Part shown: piece after piece, positions 63,839-64,000 of the stretch
Numbering within the stretch: position 1 is the first letter of the stretch
Layout of the letters: the number at the start of each line of letters is the position of its first letter
Source: Octopus sinensis
Taxonomy: Eukaryota
Assembly (NCBI RefSeq): GCF_006345805.1
Contig: NC_042999.1
Coordinates: forward strand, 21,390,001-21,454,000
Direction: 5' to 3'
Length of the DNA stretch: 64,000 nt
Program-made: the position numbers and the translations under genes
The notes under the pieces: generated by a model
The model's database searches: none
Seen by the model: only the letters and a program-made list of their open reading frames with translations
Told to the model about the DNA's origin: nothing

Positions 63839-64000
63839 ATATATTAAATTAGAGATAAAACCACTATTAGGCAAATCAAACAGTGAAAATCATAAATCAA
63901 TACATAGAAATAAAATTAATTAATTTTATTTCTATGTATTGGTTTATGATTTTCACTGTTTGATTTGCCTAATAGTGGTTTTATCTCTAATTTAATATAT
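63839..64000. repeat. Near-perfect 162-bp palindrome with no spacer
   Basis: Centre aaaattaa|ttaatttt between 63919 and 63920; one mismatch (aatcaata vs aaccaata); may extend beyond the window. Confidence 0.95.

Overview
AT-rich, microsatellite-dense eukaryotic non-coding DNA. The SINE families and repeat landscape look like a cephalopod (octopus-type) genome; this is inferred from recognition, not from a search. I found no host protein-coding gene that I can support. Most long ORFs in the track are translations of (TA)n/(CA)n/(GATA)n tracts or antisense frames of transposons. Supported content: (1) three CR1-like LINE pieces: a young, stop-free 5'-truncated RT nested in a SINE at 9155-10443, a decayed EN-RT copy at 61342-63720, and a 3' stub at 4322-4660; (2) a near-complete 1291-bp DD34D mariner and a family of mariner-derived MITEs; (3) three non-autonomous Helitrons, a GG-ended MITE with an 8-bp TSD, and a Chapaev3-like transposase relic; (4) more than 30 tRNA-derived SINE copies in several modular families. 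The most interesting signal is a set of foldback elements without TSDs that carry minimal type-I hammerhead ribozyme motifs. Two homologous ~360-bp foldbacks (36192-36547 and 56345-56705) have the hammerhead in the spacer. A 556-bp tandem-plus-inverted array in (TA)n (44685-46465) has one hammerhead per unit, and a further hammerhead relic lies at 50542-50576. In the three foldback structures, both 3' ends point outward and the inverted arm begins about 33-51 nt downstream of the predicted cleavage site. This suggests Penelope-like or retrozyme-like RNA-mediated elements rather than classical MITEs (inference, untested).
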